From Eledone cirrhosa (taxonomy: Eukaryota), in NCBI GenBank assembly GCA_964016885.1, contig OZ024743.1:315890001-315954000 (forward strand): a stretch of DNA of 64,000 nucleotides. Reading direction: 5' to 3'. Numbering within the stretch: the stretch's first letter is position 1; each line of letters opens with the position of its first letter. Made by a program: the position numbers and the translations under genes. Shown here piece by piece: positions 63,195-64,000 of this stretch. The notes under the pieces were generated by a model. It made no database searches and had not been told where the DNA came from. It saw only the letters and a program-made list of their open reading frames with translations.

Positions 63195-64000
63195 TTATGA
63201 GGACCTGGCAAATGTGAGAGTCGATTTGTTTAAGAAATGAAAATACATATAATTAATCAAGGAAGTAATTACTTCCTTAAGCAGTTTTCTAATTTATATT
63301 TGATTTGTCTCTATTGTATATTTTGTATCCTGTTTATTTAGTTAGGGAACATAAAACATTCATTATTGTATAGCTCCATTCGATAATGCTATTATTATTG
63401 ATAATGCTTTTATTATTGAATAATTTCCATTATTGCTAACAGTAGGCTAAACGTAAAGTAAGAAAAAATGTTATTTCGAATTCAAAACTTGCCCTCTAAC
63501 CCACGATATGTGTCCTGATAACATGACGATCAAACCAACTGAGGAGAAATGGTAAAAAATGGTAAAATTAAACTCTTAACAGAATAACATGGATTAAATA
63601 TAGACAAGAAAAATGTGTGAAAAGTATATGGAAGATAACTTTCTAATAGAAGACCACAAAGCAGGGAAGTTCTCGATGTATGTTTAGGTGGAGTGGATGT
63701 TCAACATAGGATTAGTGACCATGCTGGGTTGGGACCTTCCATGAGGACCTGTCATCTTTTTGGTACAGAGTAGGCATGCTATCTTTAAAATAGAACACCT
63801 TAGACAATGACTTGTGTTTAGTCTCGTCTTTTATTAAAACATCATCAGTGATCGCTACCATATGTTATTCAAGCTACCCCAGTTAAGAAACATCCTAAGA
63901 CAATCTATGTAACGTTAAATATCTCTCCCTACATTATCTCCTTTATTCACTTCACAAATCGTCTTCTCTTTCTATCTTTACTCTATATTGTGTCAACTCT

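Noticed and set aside
62995-63240. 81-aa and 64-aa ORFs in the flank
   Set aside because: Low-complexity translations of the GT/AC microsatellite
63510-63555. Possible hammerhead ribozyme core (ctgata...ctgagga gaaa)
   Set aside because: No CTGANGA...GAAA core with proper flanking stems

Overview
Eukaryotic (probably invertebrate animal), AT-rich DNA with no supportable protein-coding gene. Positions 1 to ~62.4 kb are a head-to-tail tandem array of a ~1495-bp unit (42 unit starts; the array runs off the left edge). Each unit carries (i) a ~395-bp 5'-truncated, inactivated 3' end of an RTE-clade (Rex3/Expander-like) LINE on +, with a GAA-rich tail and a candidate 12-bp target-site duplication, and (ii) three minus-strand tRNA-Ile(AAT) sequences in graded states of decay: slot B (canonical cloverleaf), slot A (usually C25T plus C61T in the B box, often more lesions) and slot C (degenerate pseudogene). 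About 82 full-length Ile(AAT) copies are present. The array contains reciprocal -442/+442-bp units made by crossover inside the tRNAs, 2- and 3-unit higher-order duplications, and a diverged terminal unit at 61.4-62.4 kb. About 1.6 kb of unique flank with an (AT)n(GT)n microsatellite follows. All coordinates and variant calls were read by eye.
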